DNA of 36,662 nt from Octopus bimaculoides. Taxonomy: Eukaryota. The notes under the pieces are model-generated. The model searched no databases and was not told the origin of the DNA. It saw only the letters and a program-made list of their open reading frames with translations. This document shows, in pieces, positions 9,890 through 22,004 of this stretch. How positions within the stretch are numbered: position 1 is the stretch's first letter; every line of letters begins with the position of its first letter. The position numbers were made by a program, and so were the translations under genes. The DNA lies in NCBI RefSeq assembly GCF_001194135.2, contig NC_068981.1:72522941-72559602 (forward strand). The letters run 5' to 3'.

Positions 9890-10985
9890 GTTTGACAATA
9901 ACGGCATTAAGTGAACGCTTGGATGGAAATGGAAAGTTTTTTTTAACGCTTCGGAAGTTCACCCTTCATCAAAAGAAAGAAAGACAAAGCCAAATGCACA
10001 TTAGGAAAGAGAAACACAACCAACGTAACGAAAAGTGCGAAGGGTTGAAAGATAGGTGGGAATGCTGTTCTTTTGTTGGGGTAGATAGAAGGGAGGAAGA
10101 GTCGAGTGTGTTGATACATGTATAATAAGAGTATCTGTGTCTGGGAGGGAGCACAAGGCGACAGCTGTCTGTGTGTTAGCGTGGTGTGTGTATATAGAGG
10201 TGTGTAATCATAGGCTGCGTGGTATGAAAATGTACAACAGTGGCAACATCGTAAGTGAGAAGAGAGCTAGTACGGTAGGTAAGGTTCCAGATGGTTATAA
10301 GGGCTGAGGTAGATCAAGGGAAAACATCAGAAACGGCAGTTTGGATAAGAGAGAATAAGTAAATGCATCGAATGAATAAACTGGTCATATGTTGAGCCTG
10401 GGTCTCAAAGTAATGGTGGTTCATAGGTGGCGGAGTTGGAGGAACTGCGATAGAGGAAGGCACTCTCTCTATCATTTGTGCGTGGGATGGGAGGAAGAAA
10501 AGCAAGGTAGGTGTGAGGGACTGTGGGACTGTAGAAAACAGAAATCATGAAGGTGAGGGTAGGATGGTCGATAGACACAGTAATGTCGAGGAAAGTTAGG
10601 GTAATATCGGGGACGGAGGTGAAATGGAAGGAAGGGTGAAAAGAGCTGACAACGGAGATGAAACAGCTTTGCTGTTCGCAGGAGAGAGTGTTAGCATAGA
10701 AATAATTATCAATGCAACGGTCGTCTAGATCTAATTTGGGACCAGGGAGCTGGGAAAAGAATTGAGATCAACGTGGCCAACAAACAAGTTGGTGTAGTTG
10801 GGACACATTCTGGTACACATAGCCATTCTAATGTATTGCTCATAGGTTTCGCTAGCGTAGGAGAAACAAATGAGCACGAGAATAAGTTCTGCTAGACAGA
10901 AGAAGTAAAGTGGGTAGGTAAAAGGCAGTGTTGAGATCATGGGAGTGTTGGAAGGGATGGACGCAATCGTCGTGAGAAACGATGA
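9890..10985 (-). mobile_element. Decayed Penelope-like retroelement: RT region plus 3' pseudo-LTR remnant
   Basis: Minus translation gives CLAELILVLICFSYASETYEQYIRMAMCTRMCPNYTNLFVGHV (cf. PLE QxxGxAMGTRMGPxYANLFVG), RCIDN (decayed RYIDD), FISVVSSFHPSFHFTS...TFLDITVSI...SVFYSPTVPHTYL and FETQAQHMTSLF. Many frameshifts and stops are present. No GIY-YIG domain was recognised. Confidence 0.88.
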
Positions 10986-10998
10986 TGTGTGTGTGTGC

Positions 10999-11034
<36 letters not shown>

Positions 11035-11170
11035 GTGAGTGCGTGTGTTTGTGTGCGTGTGTGTGTGTGTCTTTGTGCGTGGGTTAGTATGTGCGTGTGT
11101 GTGTGTGTCTTTGTGCGTGGGTTAGTATGTGCGTGGGTGTGTATGTGCGTGTACATATGTATGTGTGTAA
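10985..11170. repeat. TG-rich microsatellite with an internal ~38 bp duplication, next to gap 11205-11377
   Basis: GTGTGTGTCTTTGTGCGTGGGTTAGTATGTGCGTG occurs twice. Confidence 0.9.
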
Positions 11171-12319
11171 ATGAAGGACAGTTTTTCTGATAGACATGTT
11201 GATCNNNNNNNNNNNNNNNNNNNNNNNNNNNNNNNNNNNNNNNNNNNNNNNNNNNNNNNNNNNNNNNNNNNNNNNNNNNNNNNNNNNNNNNNNNNNNNNN
11301 NNNNNNNNNNNNNNNNNNNNNNNNNNNNNNNNNNNNNNNNNNNNNNNNNNNNNNNNNNNNNNNNNNNNNNNNNNNNNTATATATACACCTTAACATTGTG
11401 TAGTTACTACGTACTATAATGTTTATTGATTATCAAATCAATTTTTTCATGAAATATTAAACTTAGACGTTCAGTGATTTGAAATCAAATTTTCAAACCT
11501 TTCCGTTGAATCTAAATTTCCAATCTAAAACAAAATATTTTGGCACCAAAACACATTTAACACGTTTAATTTCAGCATACACCGAATGATCTGTTTTCAT
11601 AGTTAATCAGCTTAGCTCTACATCCAACATTTTAGAATGTTAGAAACAAATAAGCCATTCATTCATCTAAATGTAGCACATTTTCTCACCATTATATGCA
11701 GTCCAAGCCACATATAGAGAATCTAACTCCACATGCCTACATACGCTTGCGGAAAAATACAGATTTCTATGATAATGATCATACAAACTTAATGCATGAA
11801 CAAAATATAAAATGAAAAGAAAATATACCAAGTATATACATTTAACTGCCTACTTCATTATCTCCACAACAGAATTATTTCATGTTAAACTGAAAAGATA
11901 ATTGCAGAATTCGTGTATATTAAAATGAATCAAGAATTCTAGCATAATCTTTTTTTCAGCATCAATTAGGACATTTCTTATAGTACGCTGCATCGAAACC
12001 GAACACAGTTTTTTTTTAAGTATGAACACGTTTTACTTTAAATTTTGCTTCTGTAGATACCAATGTAGAATCAATTTTATATCACATAGTACACTAAAAC
12101 ATGTAAATAGGAATGATAAAGCAAAACGCTACACTTAATCAGGCAATTACTTTGTTCCTTATTTCATAGGATGTCCTTCATTCTATTGAATCACCTGCAA
12201 TGAAAGGATTTATTTATAAATACAGAGACAGATATCTAAAATAGGGAAAAATATATTTTGCTTTGGTTTCAGGTGGCATTTTATTTAAAATTCCTGATAT
12301 TACAGATATAATTATTTGT

Positions 12320-12500
12320 AATTTTGGTAAAAAGCCGGCAGTTTTGAGGACAGAGGAAGTCGATTACATCAACACCAGCGCTCAATTCGTACATATTTTA
12401 TGGAACCTGTACTGAACTGGTGCTTTATTTATTGACATGAAAATATGAAAGGCAAATTGGTCTCAATGGATTTGAATGTAGAGCACTGAGATTCGTAACT
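12320..12500 (-). mobile_element. Diverged SINE family A copy
   Basis: AAGTCGATTACATCAACACCAGCGCTCAATT...TATGAAAGGCAAA...GGATTTGAA matches the reverse-oriented family A body. Confidence 0.65.
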
Positions 12501-14228
12501 AAGGCATTCTATGTGTCTCTTTACTGAATCGAACTATTTACCACCGTTTAAGTGGTTTTAACAGAATATATCAAGTGAACTGATTTCAGCTAGGAAACAA
12601 AATAGGCGTCGCGAAATCAGATCACAAAAAGCCCATTCCTTGATTTTTAGCATTCACTATTGTGAGCTAGATTATATCTGGCTCTTTGCCTGCCCTCAGT
12701 CAAAAGACAGCTAAATTAGTAGCTTATTGATAATTATTTGTTCGACTCTAAAGATATTAAAGACCGGGCAGATGAGATTTGAACAGACAGCACACAAAGA
12801 CGCAACAAAATGACATAATGTATGTAGTCTGACTCACAAATGTTTATAACACTGATTTAATTTAGCGCAAAGTTAATTTCGGTATATCACGGATATAGTC
12901 AACTGAGCCGTCTCTGAACACTACTTGCATTTATTTGATCTATTCTTTAAGAGCAAAATGTATTTACTCTAGCATGGTTTGAACTTAGAGATGAATATGA
13001 CAAGACTTGATACCGCAATGCAGGCATTCGTACTGTCGTTTTGCAGGTATTAGATAAACATTTTAATAATATAATATCTCAGAATATAATTATTTACTGC
13101 AGCTAGGGAATATTGCTGTTTTTATAAAATCATTTCTTTTCCAAGATGAACGTTCATTTTATTTAAATTTATTGCTTTGTTAGAATATCTATCAAATATA
13201 AAAACTCATCCTTTTCTCCTTTAAAAACTTGGTAAAAGATTAAGTTTGATTTCTGACTTGAAGATTACAACGTTTTAAGTAATTAGAAATGAAACAATTA
13301 TTCTTTATATTTCTTATTACTGGTAGTTTCCTTTTGTCTATAAGCTTTGGATTACTGTTGCGTTGTGTGATGCATTTCAAGATTTTGCATGTCCTGTCAT
13401 CGTTTGAACAGAATTGCTTCTAAGTTAAGCCGCAGAATAATAAATAACAAAGAGCATTTTTATTTGAACAATGATGTAATAATGTTACTTTACTATAAAT
13501 AATGAGGATGTGACTACTTTCTTCTTATGAATTAATTAAATAAAATGCTAAAAACTATCTTGTTAGTATAGCAGACTGACTTAAATGCCACAAGATTTAT
13601 TGTAAAACGTCTCGTAAAAGAAACGTAACCACAAAGCAAACGACTAAGACGTGATTAAGTCAACAAATAACAATAAATTATTTTGAAAGAACCATGTTAA
13701 AGACGATTAAGGGTTTGGAACTATTTATCGACGCATTTAATGGAAAAGTCTGTTATGCTAGAACGCTATCATTATTATTGTAGAAATTGTTGACGTGCTT
13801 AGTGCCGTCATTGCTGATAAAAATAATAATAAATAACTACAATACAAGAATTTTGTCATCTGCAACAAGATTAACGACTGTAATAAAACAATGAATTTAT
13901 AACAAATTCTGGAAATTTGAGAATTGCTCCTTCTATCACTCTTCTGGGTGGGAGAAGAAGAGGTAAGATTCTGCAAATAGCGCATAGTCGAATTATTTTA
14001 ATTAGTTTGTAACTTAAGAAGAGACAAATCTGTGTTTTATAAATTTAAACATTTTGAAGAGTCAAAATCCAAGTCTTTCAAGCTTTGTAAACATTTAAAA
14101 ATACTCAGATAACAAGTTTAGCAAGCCGATACACGTCGGAAACAAAGTGAGAATTCCAGGCAAAGAGCGATGAAAATGTTGTGATTAATAGAGTAGTAAA
14201 ACAACAACACCAACAACAACAACAACAA

Positions 14229-14442
14229 TCATTTCTACTAAAGGCACAAGGCCTGGAATTTTGAGGGAGGGGAATAGTCGATTACATCGACTCCAGTGTT
14301 TCACTACTACTTAATTTATCGACTCCGAAATGATGAAAGGCAAAGTAGACCTCGGCGGAATTTGAACTTAGAACGTAAAGACGTTCGAAACGCCGCCAAG
14401 CATTTCGCCCGGCGTGCTGACGAATCTGCCAGCTTGCCACCT
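14229..14442 (-). mobile_element. SINE family A, full length, in a (CAA)n run
   Basis: GGCACAAGGCCTGGAATTTT...GTCGATTACATCGACTCCAGTG...GGCGGAATTTGAACTTAGAACG...CTGCCAGCTTGCCACCTT, with CAA repeats on both sides. Confidence 0.92.
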
Positions 14443-15221
14443 TGACAAAAACAACAACAACAATAACATGTATGTGTGTGTGTGTGTGGCTTTTAGGGAG
14501 TTTTTCATTCTGAAATATATATTTTTTTTCAAAGAATACATTTGAAAAATGTGTTTGCACTAAATTAACATGCCTTTAAATTGCTGTTTGTGTTTGCCAA
14601 GTGATATTGGAGTACACAGCGAATAAAGAAAGAAAAAAGAAAGAAGGGAAGAAAGAAAGGGAGAATAAGATAGCGCGCGCGAGAGAGAGAGCAGTTGGGG
14701 TGAGTCTGATATTTTAGATGTGATTTCTGACAACTGCGTCGTCTCCAGTAATTCATCTTTAAACCCCCACGAGGAGATGTGTTGCCTGAAATATTTCCGA
14801 TGAGAAACTACACTGCTTGTAGCATGCGAAGGGACTTGTTAATAAAAGTAGAATACATTAGCATTTAAAGTATTTTGAAAAGCTGAGTATTGCAAAGTAA
14901 GTATAGAGTTATTAATAGTAATTGACAGTAGTTCATTGATAAAAAGGATGCAAGAAGTTAGTAAGAAGACAACATTTTTTATTTGTGAATGGAGGATAAA
15001 CAGAGCAAAACGGACGTAATATGTTGAGATTTATAAGAAAGCTTCAGTTTCGTCTAAATGGTTTCAGCTGTGACGCATGGAGATGTGACGCGTTATGAAA
15101 CAAACACATGATGAATTAGAATATGAGGCACAACTAAAACTGATCTATTACTTGTATAAAGATGTCACAGATAGCTGTGGTAGCTCTTGATGATGTTATT
15201 GATGTTGTTGTTGTTGTTGTT

Positions 15222-15585
15222 GTTGTTGTTTAACCCAACGTCCACTAGATGTAACCAAAAGCAGTGCAACAACAGTCACATCGTTTTGGGGGTTTGCAGG
15301 ACTACACTCTAAGCTTCCTTTTCCTTATTTAAGACGTAAGGTGTGATTTGAGAAAGTATTGATTGTTATTTCAAGCAAATCGAGTGACATCGTAGCGTCT
15401 TTTTTTTATTGATAGTTGTTTAAACTCTGACCAAAATCACTTATGATCGCATGTATTCCGACCGTGACCATTTTGTCTTTTCTTTATATGCAAGAAACTT
15501 GAGATGATATAATTTTGTGTCCTACTGTATGACGATAGGTGATGATTTGAAGAAGATTTGACTACTGTTTCAAGCAGGTCTAAGC
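15222..15585. repeat. Two diverged tandem copies of an AT-rich dispersed repeat (~15222-15395, ~15412-15585)
   Basis: Both start GTTGTTTAA and end with a GATTTGA...TTTCAAGCA motif. Related pieces occur at ~8085-8135 (+) and ~23250-23400 (-). Confidence 0.5.
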
Positions 15586-16069
15586 CTTATAAAGGCCTGA
15601 TCGATGGCTCGTCCCATCGATAGCTTTGTGCTATGAGGAAATTGAAGTTCGTGGTGCTTCTCTTTTAATTCATTATGTAAATATTAACACACTACAAATA
15701 AACCGAAATAAATGAAAATATTTTGTCGATGTTGAAATGTCACAGAAAACTTTTATATTAGTGAAGATGTTTTAAAAGTAACTTGGCAACACCGTCTTTT
15801 CTATGAACCAAGTAGACAGGTTTCTCTGGACTGGCACAGGTTCATTCTTCTGAGGAGTGATGATATAGCTGATTCAATTACCTACTATATATCAATTAAA
15901 GTTGATAAAAACTAGATATGAGCCTAACATCTAAGCATTTGAAATATTACAATATTTAGACACAAATTACAAATTTCTACATTAATTTGCCAGCATATTA
16001 CTAGAACTTATTTTATCGGCTGTCAACTCTGAAAGGATTTGAACTTATAAGGAAAGACAACTGAAAAAT

Positions 16070-16276
16070 GATTTCAAATTTTGGTACAAGATCAGCACTT
16101 TCGGAGGAGAGGACAAGTCGATTACATCGATCCCTAGTGCTGAATTGGTACTAATTTTATCGATCTCGAAAGGTAACGTCGACCTCGGCAGAATCTGAAC
16201 TCAAGGCATAAAGACAGACAAAATGCCGCTTATCATTTTGTCCGGCGTGTTAACGATTCTGCCAGCTCGGCACCTT
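16070..16276 (-). mobile_element. SINE family A
   Basis: AAGTCGATTACATCGATCCCTAGTGC...GTCGACCTCGGCAGAATCTGAACTC...CTGCCAGCTCGGCACCTT. Confidence 0.9.
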
Positions 16277-17002
16277 GAGATAAATAGTGCAAGGAATTTA
16301 ATTGTGATTCTACCGTTTCTTTCATATGACTGTCAGACAAATATTCAAACAAGATCGTCTTACATTTGGTATTTAAAATTTTATTTTACATATAATTTTT
16401 CTATTTATCCAGCCAATACTGCTGAGAAGTAAGTGACACATTAGTCCCTTAATGTTGATACCTGCTTTATTTATTCTTTGAAATTGCTCTTTATGTTCAA
16501 TTTATTAAAAAAGTCTTTCTTATGTACAAATTGGTTGCCAAATTTTCATAATTTATCATCAAAGATATTTATTCTTGTTTAAGATATCCATATTTATAGG
16601 CTTTGAAATCACAGAGGAGTTTTATTCGAAAAATATTTAAATGTATGTAGTTATATATTTAGAAATCAATAGTTTCTTAAATTCTTTTAAATTACGTAAT
16701 ATCCAATTCTGCTAGAAAGAAACATAACTCCTCTTCCTACAATTGCGAGTTGAAACTGAGACGAATTAATATTTCTCCCACATTTCAATGTGTTTTGTTG
16801 GTTTTTTTTTACAATTCGAGAATAACACGCCAGAGTTAAGATTTTATAAAATATTTCAGTTATATTTCATTTGTGCCATATATAACTTCAATATGAATGT
16901 TAGGAAAAGAATAAATATAAATGAACCTATAGATACTTGGACCAAATCTTGTGTTTTGAATAACGGTATTTTCCTTTGGAGTTAATGATAATATCCCATC
17001 AA

Positions 17003-17205
17003 TAAAGGCAGCATGCTGGCAGATGCGTTAGCACGACGGACAAAATGCTTCGCGTCATTTCTCTGGTTTTTCGTTTTGAGGTCGTCTTTAACTTTATCCT
17101 TTCGGGGTCGATAAAATAAGCACCAGTTGTGCACTGAAATCGATCTAATCGATTAGCCTCCTTCCCTAAAATTTCAGGTCTTGTGCCTATACTAGAAAGA
17201 ATAAC
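17003..17205 (+). mobile_element. SINE family A lacking the B-box segment
   Basis: AAAGGCAGCATGCTGGCAGATGCGTTAGCACG...CGGGGTCGATAAAATAAGCACCAG...AAATTTCAGGTCTTGTGCC. Confidence 0.88.
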
Positions 17206-17700
17206 ATAACTTTCCAAATTAGTTTGCTCTAAGAAACTAATTCTATAAATAGCACCCGGAATTAGCATTTATAATTAAGTGGAAATTTTCTATAATTTCT
17301 GCTTTCAACTAGATTAAACTGGTTCCTTTTGTTATATTGCTTTATCTTTCATCTGGAACTATTGAAGTTTCTCTGAACGTCTCATTAATGTCATGATATT
17401 TACGTTACTTTGGTCTTCTTTATATTTGGTCAGCTTAAGCCAGCAGTATTAAGTAAGTAATAATTGATATTTTATGTAAAAGCAGTTGCTTTTAGCCGTA
17501 TCTATGATACATTGGCTTTAAATTATTAGGAATTTTCGCGTTTCATCTCCATATCAAATTATAACATTAAAAAAAAAAAATTGTTGCTATGGAATCCATC
17601 ATCTAATCGTGTCTGCAATAACATAGTTGTATTCTAGAATGATTTTCTTATAAATTTCTTTGAAGGTATTCTACAAGAATTTTCTTATTATAAATTCTTC

Positions 17701-17912
17701 GAAGGCAACGACCTGGCAGAGTGTTAAAACGCCGGTAACAAATACTTATGGTGGTTCTTCTGGCTCTATATCTTTATGCCCTGAAGTCAAATCCTACCAA
17801 GTTCAACTCTGTTGTTCATCCTTCTGGGATCAATAAAATAATGTTCAACTTTATTACTAGGTCGATGGTATAAACTAAATCTCTCACCCCTAAATTGCTG
17901 CTGTTGTCCCTA
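17701..17912 (+). mobile_element. Diverged SINE family A copy
   Basis: GAAGGCAACGACCTGGCAGAGTGTTAAAACGCCGG...GAAGTCAAATCCTACC...TTCATCCTTCTGGGATCAATAAAATAA. Confidence 0.75.
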
Positions 17913-18740
17913 ATGAAAATAAGTTTTTTACTGCTGTTGTGCCAGTTGAAAATAAGTTCTTTACTTTTACAAAAATCCCTGCCAGCGTTTATCCTCTTTC
18001 CTTGTCTTTCTTAATTATTCTGGATATAAGTCTCTTATCAATTCAAAGTACTTAAATAAGTTACAGTAGTATTTTAGGGCAATTCAGAAGAATATTATCT
18101 TTAATTATTCAGAATATACATATTTTAGATAATACATAACGTGTCCGCCCTCGGATGCTATGATACTTCAGATGAGTTAGATGGTCGGAGCTCCGCCAGT
18201 TTTATACTAACACTGCTAGCACAGTTCTTCGTCAGAACCATTAGAAAAATCTAGGTGCATAACAGAAACTATTCTCTCAGATGTGTCCTTCCACAGCCCA
18301 TAGACAGTAACAACTCAGTGCACTAGGATCTCATAAGGTTTCAATCAAAACTATTCAGGCAGAAAATACCAAGGACTACAACACCTGGAGAATCTCCCCG
18401 AATCCTCCAAACCGGCTGGAATTAACCCGACATCACAACTCTTTCAAGACAATTATGCAGACTCCTTCTTCTCCCCTCCTGTTATCGCTCGCATTGCGTC
18501 CAAACCACAGATGCTGTACTAATCCTTCCCTCCCCAGAACGTCAGCCTCTAGAATTCCTTCTTCTGCTCCTGTCTTTACAGCGGATGTCGACTTGCGGCA
18601 ATCGAAGCAAAACGTTAACGGTATGAGGCGAATAAGTTATTGGGATGCTAGAAACTACTGAAAACTTTAACTCCTTTTATGAGAATTAAAACTGGATTTT
18701 CTTCCTGTTGCATTCTGTTCAAGCTTTAGAGAATATCAGA

Positions 18741-19198
18741 GAAATGTAATGTTATTATCAGACTGAATATGCTTGAGGCACATTCGAACCGGTGAACAAA
18801 CTACTCACTGCGTTTTGTCACGGAAAATATACCCCGTTTGTTGACAAATGGTGTGTATACGCCTATATCAGCTCGCAGCGCTACCTACCCAGAACGTGAG
18901 ATGCAAGTATTTTGGAGTAGTTATTTCCTAGGGCAACTGAAAAAGCATATGAGAGTCAGTTTCTTCAATCCGCTCGTAGCGCCGCCTGCCTGGTGTCCGT
19001 GACCGAAGAGGAGATAACTACTCCAAAAGGCTTGCATCTCACGGTCTAGGTAGGTGGCATGACGAGTTGATATAGGTGTATTAACACCGTCTGTCAACAA
19101 ACGGAATATATTTTCCGTGCCAAAACGCAGTGAGTAGCTTGTTCCCCAGTTCGAACTTGCCTCAAGCATATTTGGACTGATAATAACATTGCAATTTC
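18741..19198. repeat. Long inverted repeat: ~190 bp arms (18741-18928 / 19009-19198), 80 bp spacer
   Basis: Manual alignment of the left arm with the reverse complement of the right arm gives roughly 80-90% identity by eye (e.g. CTACTCACTGCGTTTTG, CCGTTTGTTGACA and CGTGAGATGCAAG are shared). Confidence 0.93.
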
Positions 19199-20477
19199 AC
19201 TTACCACTGCTTAGCGCTCCTCCTCTGTAATATCAGAGAATGTATAACGTATGAGAGTTATATCATAAGATGATGTAACACTCATAAGTTGAACATGCAC
19301 TTTCCTTATTTACAACAGCTTGATGTATTATTTGGTAAACTGTGCCATTGAAACTTGCTTTGACCAGACACAGCACCAGAACAAAAAGCTTATTTAGACT
19401 CGTACGCTACCTGACTACAACTCTTTGGACGAAAAGAAACCATTTCATATATATATATATGTGTGTGTATGTGTTTTTGTGTATGTGTGTGTGTGAGAGA
19501 GAGAGAGAGAGAGTGTGTGTGTTCGAAATGTTAGCTATACTTATATATAAAGTGTATAACTTGTATGTTGAACATACTAGTAGTTGTAGCTGTAAATTCA
19601 AGTGCTTTCTGAGTCATATAACGAGATAATTATCAACTCATTTTGGTTTATAACACATGTCTATAAATAATGGCCAATTAGCACGTAAAAAAATGTTTAC
19701 TCATCTTTGTGTGATCATGTATGTCAAATGGTTTAATTTTATATTACGTTTTATAATGCTCCTGTTGTCTATTAGACGTGATTATCTCATCTGTCAGTTT
19801 CTATTTCATCTTCGGCATGCACACAATGCTTAATTTGCTCTAAAATGTTTTGATAGGCTTCTTTTTGAGAATAAGGTTTCTTGAATAGTAAACGTTTTCA
19901 GTAAATTACAATTTCTAAAGTGCATAGAGGCTAGCAAAAAAAAAAAAAAAAAAAAAAAGAAACTGGAAGAAATGATTGAAGCCTTTATTACTTGTCAACT
20001 GTTAATAAATTTAGTGAAACTATTCCAAGTTAGGATCGAAAATAAATCACGGGTAAATTTTCCGTTAGTTCTAGCTTTGACTTTTTAAGGAATACAAAAT
20101 GGGAAAGTGATGATGTTCATGCCTGAAGTGAACGAAAGAGATTGGTCGATCTTTTATGTTTTACTGCATTCAATAAATATCAGAAGATGAAAATAAACAA
20201 TGAAATGAATTTCAATCATTGTAGTTGTTTCAAACAAACGAAGAACTATTACACTTTCAGATCATTTGAGGTCTTCAAATACTTGAAATCTGACAAGAAC
20301 TAAACAACGTTTTCCATTGCTTTTACCAACAATACTCTAATATTGTTTAGTGTCTCCTTTTCGGTAGAGGAAAGAAAATAATGGTTTTGACAAATCTAAA
20401 CATAAGCTATATCGCCACATTATGTAAAAGCTGATTGAATTATTTAGCTAATTGTTTGAAGTTCTATAAATTGAGGC

Positions 20478-20681
20478 TAGTTCTTACAAAACAAGTCAGC
20501 GAATGAATAATCTATACTTATATCAGATCCAAGATTTGTTTAGAATCTACTTTGAAAAGTGGAAAAGAAAAGAATGAAGTTAGTTCTTACAAAAGCAGTC
20601 AGCGAATGAATAATCTATATTTACATTGGATTCAAGGTTTGTTAAGAATCTTTTGGGAAAAATGGAACAGAAAAAGAATGA
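20478..20681. repeat. 103 bp tandem duplication (2 diverged units)
   Basis: TAGTTCTTACAAAA...AGTCAGCGAATGAATAATCTATA starts at both 20478 and 20581. Confidence 0.9.
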
Positions 20682-21687
20682 TGCAATTACTTTACTAGTG
20701 AAAGGGTTATTGTACAATCTGATCTAAAGAGACCTAATAGCTTTTAAAAAGCTATTTGTATTTCTGACGCTTTTTCTACTGTGTAGAAAATGTTACAATC
20801 CTATTATTGTGCAAACTTTCCAAAAGCTTTCTGACCATCTCCTTCAAAGAGAGATACGCCTGATGAAATTACTGCTATGATATTGGGAAAATACAATAAA
20901 GTAATCTGTTTAAAAAAAAAGGCAGCAACAATAATCTAAGTAAATAAGCAAATATATATATAAAATTCTTCCAATTATGTATAAATACATTCTTTCATAA
21001 TTATTTTTATTATTTCTATCCAAAGGAAACGAAATCAACTAATAGTATTTGCACCACAGAAAAACAACAGTTAATTGTTTTTTTTAATTTGAATATATGT
21101 CTGNNNNNNNNNNNNNNNNNNNNNNNNNNNNNNNNNNNNNNNNNNNNNNNNNNNNNNNNNNNNNNNNNNNNNNNNNNNNNNNNNNNNNNNNNNNNNNNNN
21201 NNNNNNNNNNNNNNNNNNNNNNNNNNNNNNNNNNNNNNNNNNNNNNNNNNNNNNNNNNNNNNNNNNNNNNNNNNNNNNNNNNNNNNNNNNNNNNNNNNNN
21301 NNNNNNNNNNNNNNNNNNNNNNNNNNNNNNNNNNNNNNNNNNNNNNNNNNNNNNNNNNNNNNNNNNNNNNNNNNNNNNNNNNNNNNNNNNNNNNNNNNNN
21401 NNNNNNNNNNNNNNNNNNNNNNNNNNNNNNNNNNNNNNNNNNNNNNNNNNNNNNNNNNNNNNNNNNNNNNNNNNNNNNNNNNNNNNNNNNNNNNNNNNNN
21501 NNNNNNNNNNNNNNNNNNNNNNNNNNNNNNNNNNNNNNNNNNNNNNNNNNNNNNNNNNNNNNNNNNNNNNNNNNNNNNNNNNNNNNNNNNNNNNNNNNNN
21601 NNNNNNNNNNNNNNNNNNNNNNNNNNNNNNNNNNNNNNNNNNNNNNNNNNNNNNNNNNNNNNNNNNNNNNNNNNNNNNNNNNNNNNN

Positions 21688-21994
21688 TGTAAGCCTAGTA
21701 CTTATTCTATCGGTATCTTTTGCCGAACCGCTAAGTTACGGGGACATAAACACACCAGCATCGGTTGTCAAGCAATGCTAGGGGGACAAACACAGACACA
21801 CAAACACACACACATACATATATATATATACATATATACGACGAGCTTCTTTCAGTTTCCGTCTACCAAATCCACTCACAAGGCTTTGGTCGGCCCGAGG
21901 CTATAGTAGAAGACACTTGCCCAAGGTGCCACGCAGTGGGACTGAACCCGGAACCATGTGGTTGGTAAGCAAGCTACTTACCACACAGCCACTC
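21688..21994 (-). mobile_element. tRNA-derived SINE (family D) with CORE-like segment
   Basis: Minus strand reads GAGTGGCTGTGTGGTAAG (A-box), GGTTCAGTCCC (B-box), GGCACCTTGGGCAAGTGTCTT (resembles the CORE-SINE central motif), an internal TA/TG microsatellite and a tail. The 3' end runs into gap 21104-21687. Confidence 0.88.
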
Positions 21995-22004
21995 ATGAAT
22001 ATAC

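Noticed and set aside
14797-14808. CCGATGA directly followed by GAAAC
   Set aside because: There is no room for stem II and no stem I/III pairing, so it is not a hammerhead.
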